In this document: piece after piece, positions 1-9,341 of the stretch
Layout of the letters: each line of letters starts with the position of its first letter
How positions within the stretch are numbered: position 1 is the stretch's first letter
DNA from: Methanobrevibacter sp.
GTDB lineage: Archaea; Methanobacteriota; Methanobacteria; Methanobacteriales; Methanobacteriaceae
DNA length: 43,580 bases
Direction of reading: 5' to 3'
NCBI GenBank assembly: GCA_030539795.1
Contig: JAUNXN010000002.1
Location: forward strand, 1-43,580
Notes under the pieces: generated by a model
What the model saw: only the letters and a program-made list of their open reading frames with translations
Databases searched by the model: none
What the model was told of the DNA's origin: nothing
Made by a program: the position numbers and the translations under genes

Positions 1-242
1 TCTTCATCGCTTAAGTCAGGGGTTTTGCTGAATCCTCTGCAGTAAGCGGACTTATCGGTTTTCATTTGTTCAAGTGTCGCTTGATAGATGTTTAAAAGTC
101 TTTCGAATTTTGGTTTTGCCCTTTCGATTGATCCTTCGCTTCTTAACCAAACTGTTACGTCAAATCCGCAGAATGCAGATTGGTAAGCGATTTGACTGCC
201 TAATACTCCTCCACCGGCTACTACAACTTTTTTGATATCCAT
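1..242 (-). CDS. 3-hydroxyacyl-CoA dehydrogenase family protein (N-terminal part, runs off window edge)
   Basis: Not in ORF track. Manual translation from ATG at 242: MDIKKVVVAGGGVLGSQIAYQSAFCGFDVTVW..., Rossmann GxGxxGxxIA signature of 3HCDH_N; GGTGA RBS upstream. Confidence 0.85.
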   Translation of the reverse strand, partial: MDIKKVVVAGGGVLGSQIAYQSAFCGFDVTVWLRSEGSIERAKPKFERLLNIYQATLEQMKTDKSAYCRGFSKTPDLSDE

Positions 243-393
243 TTAAATCACCAATATTTTCATATAAACTATATTTTACATAAAATTAAAAAATCATAAA
301 ATATAATTTGTTGTTGATAGTATATTTATTAAACTATTTAAAATTTTATAAACAATTCTTAATAGTTTTTAAATAATTCTTTAAAATATTTAA

Positions 394-1104
394 TCAGACA
401 CCTGCGATATCCTTTATCACTTCGCCGGCAATAATCAGTCCTGCAACGGAGGGCACAAAGGAAACGCTTCCCTTGATTTTAAACTTCCTGTCCTTATTAA
501 TTGGACAATCATTGGTGTTTATAGGATGTTCCTTGGAATAGACCACCTTCAGTTTTTCGATGTTTCTCTTTTTGAGGTCTTTTTTCATTATTCGGGCAAG
601 AGGACATACAGAAGTCTCAAAGATGTCAGCAACTTCAAACATTGTGGGATTCAACTTGTTTCCGGTTCCCATAGAAGAGATTACAGGAACATCAAGTTCA
701 TCACATTTGCATATTATAGCAATCTTTGCCATTATAGTATCCACGCAGTCGACGGCATATGACAAGTCCTCGGTAATTATATCGGTTTCGCAATCGGCCA
801 TGTAAAATTCCCTGTGGACTTCGACATTAGCATCCGGATTGATGTCAAGGATTCTCTCCTTCATCAAGTCGACCTTATGTCTGCCGATTGTTTTTTCCGT
901 TGCAATCAGCTGCCTGTTGATGTTGCTTTTATCAATCTTATCAAAGTCAACTAAAATAAAGTTTCCGACTCCGCTTCTGGCCAGCCCTTCACATACAAAG
1001 GAACCTACACCTCCAAGGCCGAATACGGCAACCTTGGCATTGCGCAGCTTTTCCATTCCATCATTTCCAATTAACATTTCTGTTCTTGAAAACTTATCTT
1101 CCAT
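394..1104 (-). CDS. tcdA: tRNA threonylcarbamoyladenosine dehydratase-like (ThiF/E1-like)
   Basis: FSRTEMLIG, GLGGVGS, SNINRQL, ISSMGTG, CPLAR, VVYSKE and GSVSFVPSVAGL motifs typical of TcdA/CsdL. Confidence 0.85.
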   Translation of the reverse strand: MEDKFSRTEMLIGNDGMEKLRNAKVAVFGLGGVGSFVCEGLARSGVGNFILVDFDKIDKSNINRQLIATEKTIGRHKVDLMKERILDINPDANVEVHREFYMADCETDIITEDLSYAVDCVDTIMAKIAIICKCDELDVPVISSMGTGNKLNPTMFEVADIFETSVCPLARIMKKDLKKRNIEKLKVVYSKEHPINTNDCPINKDRKFKIKGSVSFVPSVAGLIIAGEVIKDIAGV

Positions 1105-1194
1105 ATCATTTCACCAAAAAATATAATTTAATTTAATGTATATTATATAACAAATAAAAAGTTATGCCAAATTAATTCTATAAGTGATAATTTT

Positions 1195-1944
1195 ATGATA
1201 ATCGATACACATTGCCACATTTACGGCAGCGAAATGGAAAATGCTGAAGAGATAATAGAAAAAGCCGCAGAAAATGGCATCCAGTTAATATTGAACGGTA
1301 CTGATCCAAAAAGCAATGAAGAGGTATTGGCGCTGTCAGGCAGATATGAAAATGCCCACGCAGCATTGGGATATCTCTATACATATGCCGATGAGGCAAC
1401 CGAAGAAGACATTTTACTGCTGGACAATCAGCTTAAAAGCAATGATGTGATTGCCGTTGGTGAAATAGGCATAGACTATTATCATGGAAAGGACAACAGG
1501 GACAGTCAAATAGAACTGTTTGAAAGGATGCTTTATTTGGCTGAAAAACATGACCTGCCTGTGATAGTGCATTCCAGAAAGGCAATGCAGGACACACTTG
1601 ACATATTGAAAAAGCATGATGTGGTTGGATCTATGCACTGCTATCAGGGTTCGGCGGAAATGGCACAGCAATTTATCAAATTAGGATTCTATATAGGAAT
1701 TGCAGGGCCTATCACCCACACCAACAACAAGAAAATAAGAAAAATGGTTAAAAAAATTGATATTGGCCATATGCTTGTAGAGACTGATTCCCCATACTTA
1801 AGTCCCGAAGAAAGGAGAGGGGAGAAGAACACTTCACTAAATATAAAATATATAATAGGAAAAATAGCCGAAGAATTGGGCATGAGTGAAGATGAAGTCA
1901 TTGAAATCACCACAGAAAACGCCAAAAGATTATTTAAGATATAG
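1195..1944 (+). CDS. tatD: TatD family metal-dependent nuclease
   Basis: IDTHCH, AVGEIGIDY, VHSR, MHCY, VETDSPYL, TTENAKRLF. Confidence 0.92.
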   Translation: MIIDTHCHIYGSEMENAEEIIEKAAENGIQLILNGTDPKSNEEVLALSGRYENAHAALGYLYTYADEATEEDILLLDNQLKSNDVIAVGEIGIDYYHGKDNRDSQIELFERMLYLAEKHDLPVIVHSRKAMQDTLDILKKHDVVGSMHCYQGSAEMAQQFIKLGFYIGIAGPITHTNNKKIRKMVKKIDIGHMLVETDSPYLSPEERRGEKNTSLNIKYIIGKIAEELGMSEDEVIEITTENAKRLFKI

Positions 1945-1997
1945 CAAATTTTAGAGCTTTTCAAAAACAATATAATTAATAAAATAGGAGTTATCTA

Positions 1998-2330
1998 ATG
2001 AACAACATTATTTTTCTTTTACTTGCAATCATATTTGAAACAAGCGCAACAACACTATTAAAAGTTTCTGATGGATTTAGCAACATTTTACCAACAATAG
2101 CATCAATAATGCTTTATATACTTTCTTTCTATTGTCTTAGTAACTGCTTAAAAACAGTTCCTATAGGAATTGCTTATGCAATTTGGTCAGCATTGGGAAT
2201 TGTGCTTGTGACAATTGTCGGCATAATTGCTTTTAAGCAAACCCCTGATTGGGGAGCGATTATTGGACTTTCATTAATTATTATTGGTGTGGGAGTGCTA
2301 AACTTATTTTCAAACATGACCATCCACTAA
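1998..2330 (+). CDS. SMR (small multidrug resistance) efflux transporter, EmrE/Qac-like
   Basis: 110 aa, four hydrophobic helices, conserved Glu14 (IIFETSATTLLK), PIGIAYAIWSALG. Confidence 0.92.
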   Translation: MNNIIFLLLAIIFETSATTLLKVSDGFSNILPTIASIMLYILSFYCLSNCLKTVPIGIAYAIWSALGIVLVTIVGIIAFKQTPDWGAIIGLSLIIIGVGVLNLFSNMTIH

Positions 2331-2420
2331 AATAACCTAATAATTAATTTTTATAATACAATCGATAAAAAATTAAAAAAGAGTAAAATATTTTAGAAGT
2401 AATTAACTCAAAATAGCAAT

Positions 2421-2669
2421 TTACAACTTCCAAACATCAATTTTGTTCCTTTTGTCAAAATACATGTTCGGATCTTGCATACTATCAAGGGACTGATTGG
2501 GCAAAAACAGACTACACGAATCATCGGGATTTGTTTGGCCTTGGCCTCTAGTGCAGGTCATTCCATTTGCAGCTCCCTTCAATTACACATTTGCCTTCCA
2601 ATATCTGCAGTTCAGGCAAACTTTGTCATAATTGACATCACCAATTTTGATTCCATCTATTTCATACAT
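2421..2669 (-). pseudogene. Small Cys-rich protein (about 82 aa) interrupted by one in-frame TAA
   Basis: Manual translation: MYEIDGIKIGDVNYDKVCLNCRYWKANV*LKGAANGMTCTRGQGQTNPDDSCSLFLPNQSLDSMQDPNMYFDKRNKIDVWKL*. Internal TAA at 2585-2583; GTGA RBS-like motif upstream of ATG 2669. Confidence 0.65.
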
Positions 2670-2760
2670 TCAAATCACATTATAATTGATTATCTAAACT
2701 TTAAGAAAAAAATAAGTTGAAAAGGCCCTTCATTGGACCAAATTGTTAAAAATTAAAAAA

Positions 2761-2780
2761 ATAACCTCAATTGAGGTTAT
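2761..2780. terminator. Perfect 20-bp palindrome overlapping stop codon, followed by T-tract on the minus strand
   Basis: ATAACCTCAATTGAGGTTAT is its own reverse complement; includes the stop (2777-2779) of the minus-strand gene. Confidence 0.6.
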
Positions 2781-3232
2781 TCTATGGAATTTAAAATTCC
2801 GGTAATAGGATTGTCTTCATTTTCTCCTACTTGTTCGCTGCTTGGAATTGTATAAGTGATTATACAATATTTTCCATCATTCAATTCAAAATTATAAGAA
2901 TATACTGTAAGATCGTTCATTTCATAATTCTGTTGATGGACATCATAACCATCAGCATTATATGTGTTTTCGCCAATGAATTTATATCCTTTAGCTTCCA
3001 GATTTTTTATTACATCATCAGAATTTGAAATGCTATCTGCAATAATCACGACAATAACATGGTTATCATCTTGGGTTAGAACACATTGATTGCCTGCTGT
3101 TTCATTTACAGCGTATCCTTCAGGAATTTCAAAAGTATAGTCTCCTACACTTGCACTTTCAGCAGCAACGGCAGTGATGCTGCATGCCAATATTAGCAGA
3201 GCCAATATCATTAAAATTGATTTATTTCTCAT
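2777..3232 (-). CDS. Secreted acidic hypothetical protein
   Basis: Signal peptide MRNKSILMILALLILACSITAVAA, then YTFEIPEGY beta-rich acidic domain; GGTGA RBS. Confidence 0.8.
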   Translation of the reverse strand: MRNKSILMILALLILACSITAVAAESASVGDYTFEIPEGYAVNETAGNQCVLTQDDNHVIVVIIADSISNSDDVIKNLEAKGYKFIGENTYNADGYDVHQQNYEMNDLTVYSYNFELNDGKYCIITYTIPSSEQVGENEDNPITGILNSIE

Positions 3233-3472
3233 TTTTCATCACCTAATTTTATAATAAAATGTATATTATTTTTATTATTTAATATATTCCAAAAAAATTC
3301 AAGGGTTTTGAGTTTAATAATGGCAAATATCATATTCCCTACTAATAATCGGCAGTATTTTGGTTCACTAATGAAAAACCAAGTAAATGCAAAAAATTAT
3401 TAGGTTATATTGGTCACAAATTTAAATAATTGTAATTAGATATTATAACATATAAACAATGGAGAAATATTA

Positions 3473-4111
3473 ATGGATGATAAAGAATATTGGGCGAATT
3501 ATTACAGTAAAAATTTAGATCCTACAAACCAATCATCATTTGCAGAATTCATTCTTCCCAAATTAACAAAAGATAAAAAATTAATTGAATTAGGCTGTGG
3601 AAACGCAAGAGACAGCCTGTATTTTTCAAAAAATGGATTGAATGTAATTGCAGTCGACCAGGTGAAAGAGGAAATCGACTATTTGAATGAAAACTATAAA
3701 AATGACAACATCAATTTCATTTGTGATGATTTCACAGATTTGGAAAATTCCACCAATGAACTGGTTGACAGAGAGTTTGATTATATCTATTCCAGATTCA
3801 CATTTCATGCAATCAACGAAAAAAAAGAAGATAAAACATTGGATTGGATAAATGACCATCTAAAAGAGGATTCCCTATTCCTGCTTGAAGCCAGAAGCAT
3901 CAAGGATCCAATGTATAATGAAGGCAAGAAGTTAAGCAAAACAGAAAATTTCACAAACCACTATCGCAGATACATGCAACTGGACAAGATCATTTCCAAA
4001 TTGGAATCAAGGGATTTGGAAATCGTATATCAGATTGAAGATAAGGATTTGGCAGTATACAAAGACGACAACCCTTATGTCATACGTCTAATTGCTAAAA
4101 AGAATCGTTAA
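3473..4111 (+). CDS. Class I SAM-dependent methyltransferase
   Basis: IELGCGNARD motif I, VIAVD, FDYIYSRFTFHAI; GGAG RBS. Confidence 0.9.
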   Translation: MDDKEYWANYYSKNLDPTNQSSFAEFILPKLTKDKKLIELGCGNARDSLYFSKNGLNVIAVDQVKEEIDYLNENYKNDNINFICDDFTDLENSTNELVDREFDYIYSRFTFHAINEKKEDKTLDWINDHLKEDSLFLLEARSIKDPMYNEGKKLSKTENFTNHYRRYMQLDKIISKLESRDLEIVYQIEDKDLAVYKDDNPYVIRLIAKKNR

Positions 4112-5087
4112 CCTCTTTCAATATATTATAATACTTTATTGATGCTTCCTTCAATTGGGGGGACTTTCTCAAATCGTTAAGCCTATTGTGGAATCTTAAG
4201 ACTTTTGGAATGTCCATATAATCCCCATAAATTTTCTCAAGATAATAATCTGAATTTTTTGGGCATGGATATTTCACTCCACTGAATTCAATTTCCTTAA
4301 GAGGAAATATTTCATCGCTTGACAATATCTCAAAATTATAAATTCCTTTTTTTGCTCTGACGGAATCAACGCCGCTGATAACGTATTTCTGTTTATCAAA
4401 GCTCAAATTCATCCTGTCATAATATGCCTTTAAATTTTCCTCATAGCTTACGCCATCGAAAAAGCTGTCATAATATGTTTTTTTGGTGTTTTCAAATTCC
4501 TCTTCAATATTGTCAAAGGAGTCGATTAGATAGTCATATGGGAAGACGTCCAATCCTCCAAAGATTCTGCCTTCGCTATCCTGAACGGATATCTGAATAA
4601 AAAAGATTACCTTTCGCTCTCCATATATCTTGTCCCTTGTAATTGTAATGATTTCATCAAGCCCTGTTTCTTTTAGCTCTTCCAGTATAACCCGATAAAA
4701 CTTGTCGAATTCATTTCTAATCATTCCAACATCAATATCATCATCCCATGGAATGAATCCTCCATGTCTGATGGCGCCAAGCAAATTTCCATAATCGAGC
4801 CAATATTCAATATCATGCTTTTTGCAGACGTTATCAACAAGGTTTAGCAACTCCTGACAGATGTCGAAAGTTGTCTTGAGGGCTCCTTTTGGCTTAATGT
4901 CATAATCCAAATATAAAGTTTTAAACAAACGATTATAGCTATTGTTTTCCTTTTCGAGACGTTTAACAGTCTTGTTTAATTTGTTTATTTTCTTGTCAAG
5001 TTTCTTAAGGGTTACTTCATTTTCATTTTTCAATTCATTGTATGAATCGCTATTTTCAAGAACTTTTCCTTTGAGCTTATTTAACAT
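4095..5087 (-). CDS. licD: LicD family phosphotransferase with N-terminal coiled coil
   Basis: YWLDYGNLLGAIRHGGFIPWDDDIDVGM, LDVFPYD, YLEKIYGDYM. Start placed at ATG 5087 (MLNKLK); ORF track extends to 5141. Confidence 0.88.
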   Translation of the reverse strand: MLNKLKGKVLENSDSYNELKNENEVTLKKLDKKINKLNKTVKRLEKENNSYNRLFKTLYLDYDIKPKGALKTTFDICQELLNLVDNVCKKHDIEYWLDYGNLLGAIRHGGFIPWDDDIDVGMIRNEFDKFYRVILEELKETGLDEIITITRDKIYGERKVIFFIQISVQDSEGRIFGGLDVFPYDYLIDSFDNIEEEFENTKKTYYDSFFDGVSYEENLKAYYDRMNLSFDKQKYVISGVDSVRAKKGIYNFEILSSDEIFPLKEIEFSGVKYPCPKNSDYYLEKIYGDYMDIPKVLRFHNRLNDLRKSPQLKEASIKYYNILKEVNDSF

Positions 5088-5236
5088 AATTAATAATATG
5101 TTGATAATGTTATTTAAATAGGCAATTGGAATTAATTTCAATCTTTTAGATTCAATTTTAAAAAAAAACAGACAAAATTAAAATATCATATAGATTGAAG
5201 TCCCAGACAAGTGCTATTTAAAAGGTTAATTCATAG

Positions 5237-6052
5237 TTACCAGTCTTTCAAATCCTTATATGTCATATTAACGATTAATGGAGTCAAGCTTGGCCTTTTT
5301 TCAACAAACAATGCATATCCGTCACTGTCTTTTTCATATTCCTGAACCAAATTGGAAGTAATCATAATCAAGTCATCGCTATCCTGATTTTCATCTAATG
5401 GATAGTTGAACAAATCGGCCTTTTCCTCATTTTCATTGTCTATGACGTGCTTGTCAAGCATCTTATGTGACAAACTGGTAATCTTGAGGTCTTCAGATTC
5501 ATAGTTTGACGGCACGTTCAAATTGAACAAGTCAACCCCTTTTGGAAATCCGTCATCAATTATCTTTAGGACAAGGTCATGGAGGACCTTCTTTGTTAAT
5601 GTAAAGTCATAATCCAGATACCATTCACCGTTTTCATCCTGTTTATATGAAGTTTTAGGGTCAATGAATAGAGAAACGGCAATTGCAGGAATGCCCAGGC
5701 TGACCGCCTCAAAGGCGGCGCATACTGTGCCCGATGATGTTATGTCACAGCTGATGTTGACGCCCTTATTTATTCCGGTTATGACCAAATCGGGTTTTTC
5801 ATCCATTACATAATCTACACCGACGATTACAGAATCTGCCGGACTTCCTGAAACGGAATAGGCAGGACTTCCATCTTCAAGTTCACAGGAATTGATTTCT
5901 AAATGCTGAAACAATGAAATTCGACGCCCTACACTGCTGTTATTCCTGTCAGGGGCAACTACAGTTACATCCGCCAAATCCTCAACTGCCTGCTTTGCAG
6001 CCAATATTCCCGGTGCAAAAACTCCATCATCATTAGATATTAAAATTTTCAT
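5237..6052 (-). CDS. surE: 5'/3'-nucleotidase SurE
   Basis: MKILISNDDG, GSPADSV, PDLVITGINKGVN, SSGTVCAAFEA, NLNVP. ATG at 6052 preferred to TTG at 6061. Confidence 0.93.
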   Translation of the reverse strand: MKILISNDDGVFAPGILAAKQAVEDLADVTVVAPDRNNSSVGRRISLFQHLEINSCELEDGSPAYSVSGSPADSVIVGVDYVMDEKPDLVITGINKGVNISCDITSSGTVCAAFEAVSLGIPAIAVSLFIDPKTSYKQDENGEWYLDYDFTLTKKVLHDLVLKIIDDGFPKGVDLFNLNVPSNYESEDLKITSLSHKMLDKHVIDNENEEKADLFNYPLDENQDSDDLIMITSNLVQEYEKDSDGYALFVEKRPSLTPLIVNMTYKDLKDW

Positions 6053-6235
6053 AATGTCCAAAACCTAAAACTGTTATAATTTATATTATATTGTGTCATT
6101 AATTAAATAATATTTCTTTTTTAAACATGAATTCCAAAAAAAATTACCTAAAAAGGATTATATAATAGATTAATTAAAGTAGATAATAACAATTGACTGA
6201 AAAATGTAAAGAAATATTGCTTTTAACTGAATAAC

Positions 6236-7624
6236 ATGACAACAAAAACTTTAGATACAAGAACCCGTAATTTGATACTAGTGCTTTTTTTAATAGGAGT
6301 CTTCATGGGTTCTCTAGATACTGGAATAATAGGACCAGTCCTGCCTTCAATCGAGCAAAGCTTTCATCTGACAAGCAGGGAATCAAGCTGGATATTTACA
6401 TTATTTGTAATCGCATTTATGATTGGTTCACCCGTGATGGCCAAGTTTTCAGACTTTTACGGTAGAAAAAAGATTTTCATTTTAGATGTGATTCTTTTTG
6501 GTATCGGATCTTGCTTAATCGCTTTTTCATTTAATATAGAATCAATATTCCTGGGAAGAGTCATTCAGGGTTTCGGTTGCGGCGGCATATTTCCTGTTGC
6601 AGGAGCATTTGTCGGTGACGCATTTCCACTTGAAGAGCGTGGAAAAGCTTTAGGGATTCTTGGTAGTGTTTTTGGAATTTCAGCTATTGGAGGGCCATTG
6701 GTTGGTGCCGCTTTAATTCCATTCGGTTGGAATTGGTGTTTTACAATTAACATTCCCATCAGCATATTTCTGGTTATATTTGCATGGCATATTCTTCCTG
6801 AATCTGTAAATCAAAGAAAGTTGAAGATTGATTATTTGGGAATTTTCATACTGACACTGCTTGCCATATTTTTGGCGTATGGATTAAATCAAATCGACTC
6901 AAATAATTTCATGAACAGTCTATTATCTTTAAGTGTTGCACCATTTCTATTAATATTCATTGCCCTAATTCCAATATTCTTAATGATAGAAAAAAGAGCT
7001 GAAGAATCAATCGTTCCCATACACATGTTGCAGAACAAAGAGATATCAATTGCATGTATTGAAACATTATGTTATGGAATAATCTACTCATCAGCAATAT
7101 TCATACCGTCCATGGTGATTCTTTCTATGGGCTTGAATGACCAATTGGCAAGCTTAATGCTGATTCCAATTTTGGGAGCCAATGCAGTTGCAGCACCAAT
7201 TCTAGGTAAAATTCTCGATTCTGTAGGTTCACGCAAGATTATGGCAATCGGAACATTAATTATGGCATTCGGATTGATTGTCATTGCTGCATATCCCGAT
7301 AATTTCATATTGTTCATTATAGCCGGATGTCTGATTGGTGTTGGTATGGTGACAATAATAGGCGCTCCTCTAAGATACATAGTCTTATGCGAAGCAAAGC
7401 CTACTGAAAGAGGTGCAGGTCAGGCTATTGTCAATATGCTGTCCAGTGCCGGTCAGTTGATTGGCGGCGCTCTCATCGGTGGGATTATTGCATCATTTTC
7501 AGGAATATTAGGTTATAAAATTAGCTTGATTTTGGCTGCTGCCGTTGCATTAATTGCATTCCTATTCACTTTAAAATTGAAAAGCCGTGACGAACAGATT
7601 GCAACAATGAAATCCAATTTTTAA
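6236..7624 (+). CDS. MFS transporter, 14-TM drug:H+ antiporter (DHA2-like)
   Basis: GSLDTGI, KFSDFYGRKK motif A, GRVIQGFG, ERGKALG, GPLVG. Confidence 0.92.
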   Translation: MTTKTLDTRTRNLILVLFLIGVFMGSLDTGIIGPVLPSIEQSFHLTSRESSWIFTLFVIAFMIGSPVMAKFSDFYGRKKIFILDVILFGIGSCLIAFSFNIESIFLGRVIQGFGCGGIFPVAGAFVGDAFPLEERGKALGILGSVFGISAIGGPLVGAALIPFGWNWCFTINIPISIFLVIFAWHILPESVNQRKLKIDYLGIFILTLLAIFLAYGLNQIDSNNFMNSLLSLSVAPFLLIFIALIPIFLMIEKRAEESIVPIHMLQNKEISIACIETLCYGIIYSSAIFIPSMVILSMGLNDQLASLMLIPILGANAVAAPILGKILDSVGSRKIMAIGTLIMAFGLIVIAAYPDNFILFIIAGCLIGVGMVTIIGAPLRYIVLCEAKPTERGAGQAIVNMLSSAGQLIGGALIGGIIASFSGILGYKISLILAAAVALIAFLFTLKLKSRDEQIATMKSNF

Positions 7625-7638
7625 AAAAGAAGAAATTT

Positions 7639-7660
7639 TGTACTACAATTATGTAGTACA
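7639..7660. terminator. Inverted repeat between convergent MFS and pdxK genes
   Basis: TGTACTACA-ATTA-TGTAGTACA, 9-bp perfect stem, with a T-rich run downstream on the minus strand. Confidence 0.6.
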
Positions 7661-7667
7661 CTATTAA

Positions 7668-8513
7668 TTAATATTTTTTCAATAAATCATATAATTCAGG
7701 AATGACCTGCTCGAACTTGACTCCATAGGTATGAGTCTCATCACCGACTGTTTTTTCAATTGCCCTTTTTGTAAATTCACCGGCAATTTTTGCGGCTTGA
7801 GTTGGAGTTTTGCCGTTCATTGTTGATCCGACAAATGCGGAAGCGAATACATCCCCTGTTCCGTGAGATACATAGTCCACCTTATCATTGAAAACGATTT
7901 CACAGGTTTCTTCCTCCTTATCCAAAACAATCATTCCCAATTGGCCTTCCTTATGTGTATCCCCTTTTAGGATTACATGCCTTTTGGTAAATTCAGAAAG
8001 TTCATTTGCCATTTCCAACATTTCCTCTTTGGTAAACTCTTCCTTCCATGGCTTGTGTAAAATATAGCAGGCTTCAGTGGTGTTTGGAAGAACATAATCT
8101 CCCAATTTACAAAGCTCACCCATCTTGTCTGCAAATTCCTGGTCAAACCCGTTGTAGAATTCACCATGGTCGGCCATAGCTGGGTCAACAAATACAAGTC
8201 CTCCAGGTTTTAATCTAGAATCGATAATATCTTTAATGTAATCCAATTGTTCAATTGATGCAATAAAACCAGTATAAATTGCATCAAACAATATGCCTTC
8301 TTTTTCCCAATGCTTTCTTATTTCCGGCAAGTCTTCTGTCAAATCCCTTACAGTGAAATCAGTGAACCCTGATGTATGTGTGGACAATACTGCAGAAGGC
8401 AATATTGCTGTTTCAATTCCAAATGCAGAAACAACAGGCAGTGCTACTGTTATTGAGCACTGACCATAACAAGAGATATCTTGTATAGTTAAGATTTTTA
8501 TAGTTTCATTCAT
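7668..8513 (-). CDS. pdxK: Pyridoxal/pyridoxamine kinase
   Basis: IQDISCYGQCS, LSTHT, FDAIYTGF, VDPAMADHG, PNTTEA, HGTGDVFAS ribokinase-family motifs. Confidence 0.88.
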   Translation of the reverse strand: MNETIKILTIQDISCYGQCSITVALPVVSAFGIETAILPSAVLSTHTSGFTDFTVRDLTEDLPEIRKHWEKEGILFDAIYTGFIASIEQLDYIKDIIDSRLKPGGLVFVDPAMADHGEFYNGFDQEFADKMGELCKLGDYVLPNTTEACYILHKPWKEEFTKEEMLEMANELSEFTKRHVILKGDTHKEGQLGMIVLDKEEETCEIVFNDKVDYVSHGTGDVFASAFVGSTMNGKTPTQAAKIAGEFTKRAIEKTVGDETHTYGVKFEQVIPELYDLLKKY

Positions 8514-8688
8514 TTTTTCTACCTAATTTTTTATAATTTTTTATTATCATTTGATAATCATATACTTTTCTCTAAAAAGCTTATTAATATTATATGATAT
8601 GTCATATATAAAGCTTTGTAGTATAAAAATGTACATTAAAGTACTTTATATTATAGTTACTTTTATATAAAATCAAAGGAAAAATATA

Positions 8689-8708
8689 CCTAACGAACGG
8701 TTGGTAGG
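8689..8708. promoter_or_regulatory. Putative TetR operator
   Basis: Imperfect palindrome CCTAACGAACGGTTGGTAGG, GC-richer than its surroundings, 3 bp before the tetR ATG and downstream of TATA-like TTTTATATAA (8661-8670). Confidence 0.55.
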
Positions 8709-8711
8709 AAT

Positions 8712-9341
8712 ATGAATACAAAAGAAAAGATATTTGAAGTGGCATTGGACTTATTTTCTAAAAAAGGATATGATTCAGTTTCACTAAGAGAAATTGCGGA
8801 TAATGTTGGAATTAAAAAAAGCTCAATATATAGCCATTATACATCAAAAGAAGCAATACTTATGGACATATTTGAATATTTAACAAATCTTATTGAATAT
8901 GATGAATTGCTGAACAGCGAAGATTTGAATTTGACTGCAAATAATGATATTCTGCTGGAAAATACCGAATTGTTCTATCATAACGGTTCTGAAGCTATAA
9001 AAAAGATGTTTTCACAGGAGAGAAATCTAAAGATTTGGAGACTGATATTTATTCAAATGCATCATAATGAAGTAATCAAGGAATTTTTCCAAAATGAGAT
9101 ACTGATAAAACCATTGATTTTCTGGAAAGAATTTTTCACAATTCTAAAAGAAAAAGGAATCATTCGCCAAGACTGCAATACAGAGTTGCTTGCAAAAGAA
9201 TATTATAGTTTTCCAATTTACCTACTATTAGAAATTACTGCAAAATATGATGATATTCCAAAAAGTTCACTAGAAGACTTCTTTAACCAAACCGAAGAAC
9301 ATGCGAAATTCCTACTCGATAGTATAAAGGTGAAACAATGA
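8712..9341 (+). CDS. TetR/AcrR family transcriptional regulator
   Basis: TKEKIFEVALDLFSKKGYDSVSLREIADNVGIKKSSIYSHYTSKE HTH. Confidence 0.95.
   Translation: MNTKEKIFEVALDLFSKKGYDSVSLREIADNVGIKKSSIYSHYTSKEAILMDIFEYLTNLIEYDELLNSEDLNLTANNDILLENTELFYHNGSEAIKKMFSQERNLKIWRLIFIQMHHNEVIKEFFQNEILIKPLIFWKEFFTILKEKGIIRQDCNTELLAKEYYSFPIYLLLEITAKYDDIPKSSLEDFFNQTEEHAKFLLDSIKVKQ

Noticed and set aside
2583-2585. Possible selenocysteine or pyrrolysine recoding at the internal stop
   Set aside because: The codon is TAA, not TGA or TAG.
2475-2720. 81-aa plus-strand ORF in the track
   Set aside because: TTG start without clear RBS and no motif; better explained as the antisense shadow of the interrupted minus-strand gene 2421-2669.
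3233-3472. Possible riboswitch or ncRNA in the 240-bp divergent spacer
   Set aside because: No recognisable consensus or stable stem; consistent with two back-to-back promoters.
8591-8608. Near-palindrome TATATGATATGTCATATA between pdxK and tetR
   Set aside because: Almost all A/T in a very AT-rich spacer; could arise by chance.
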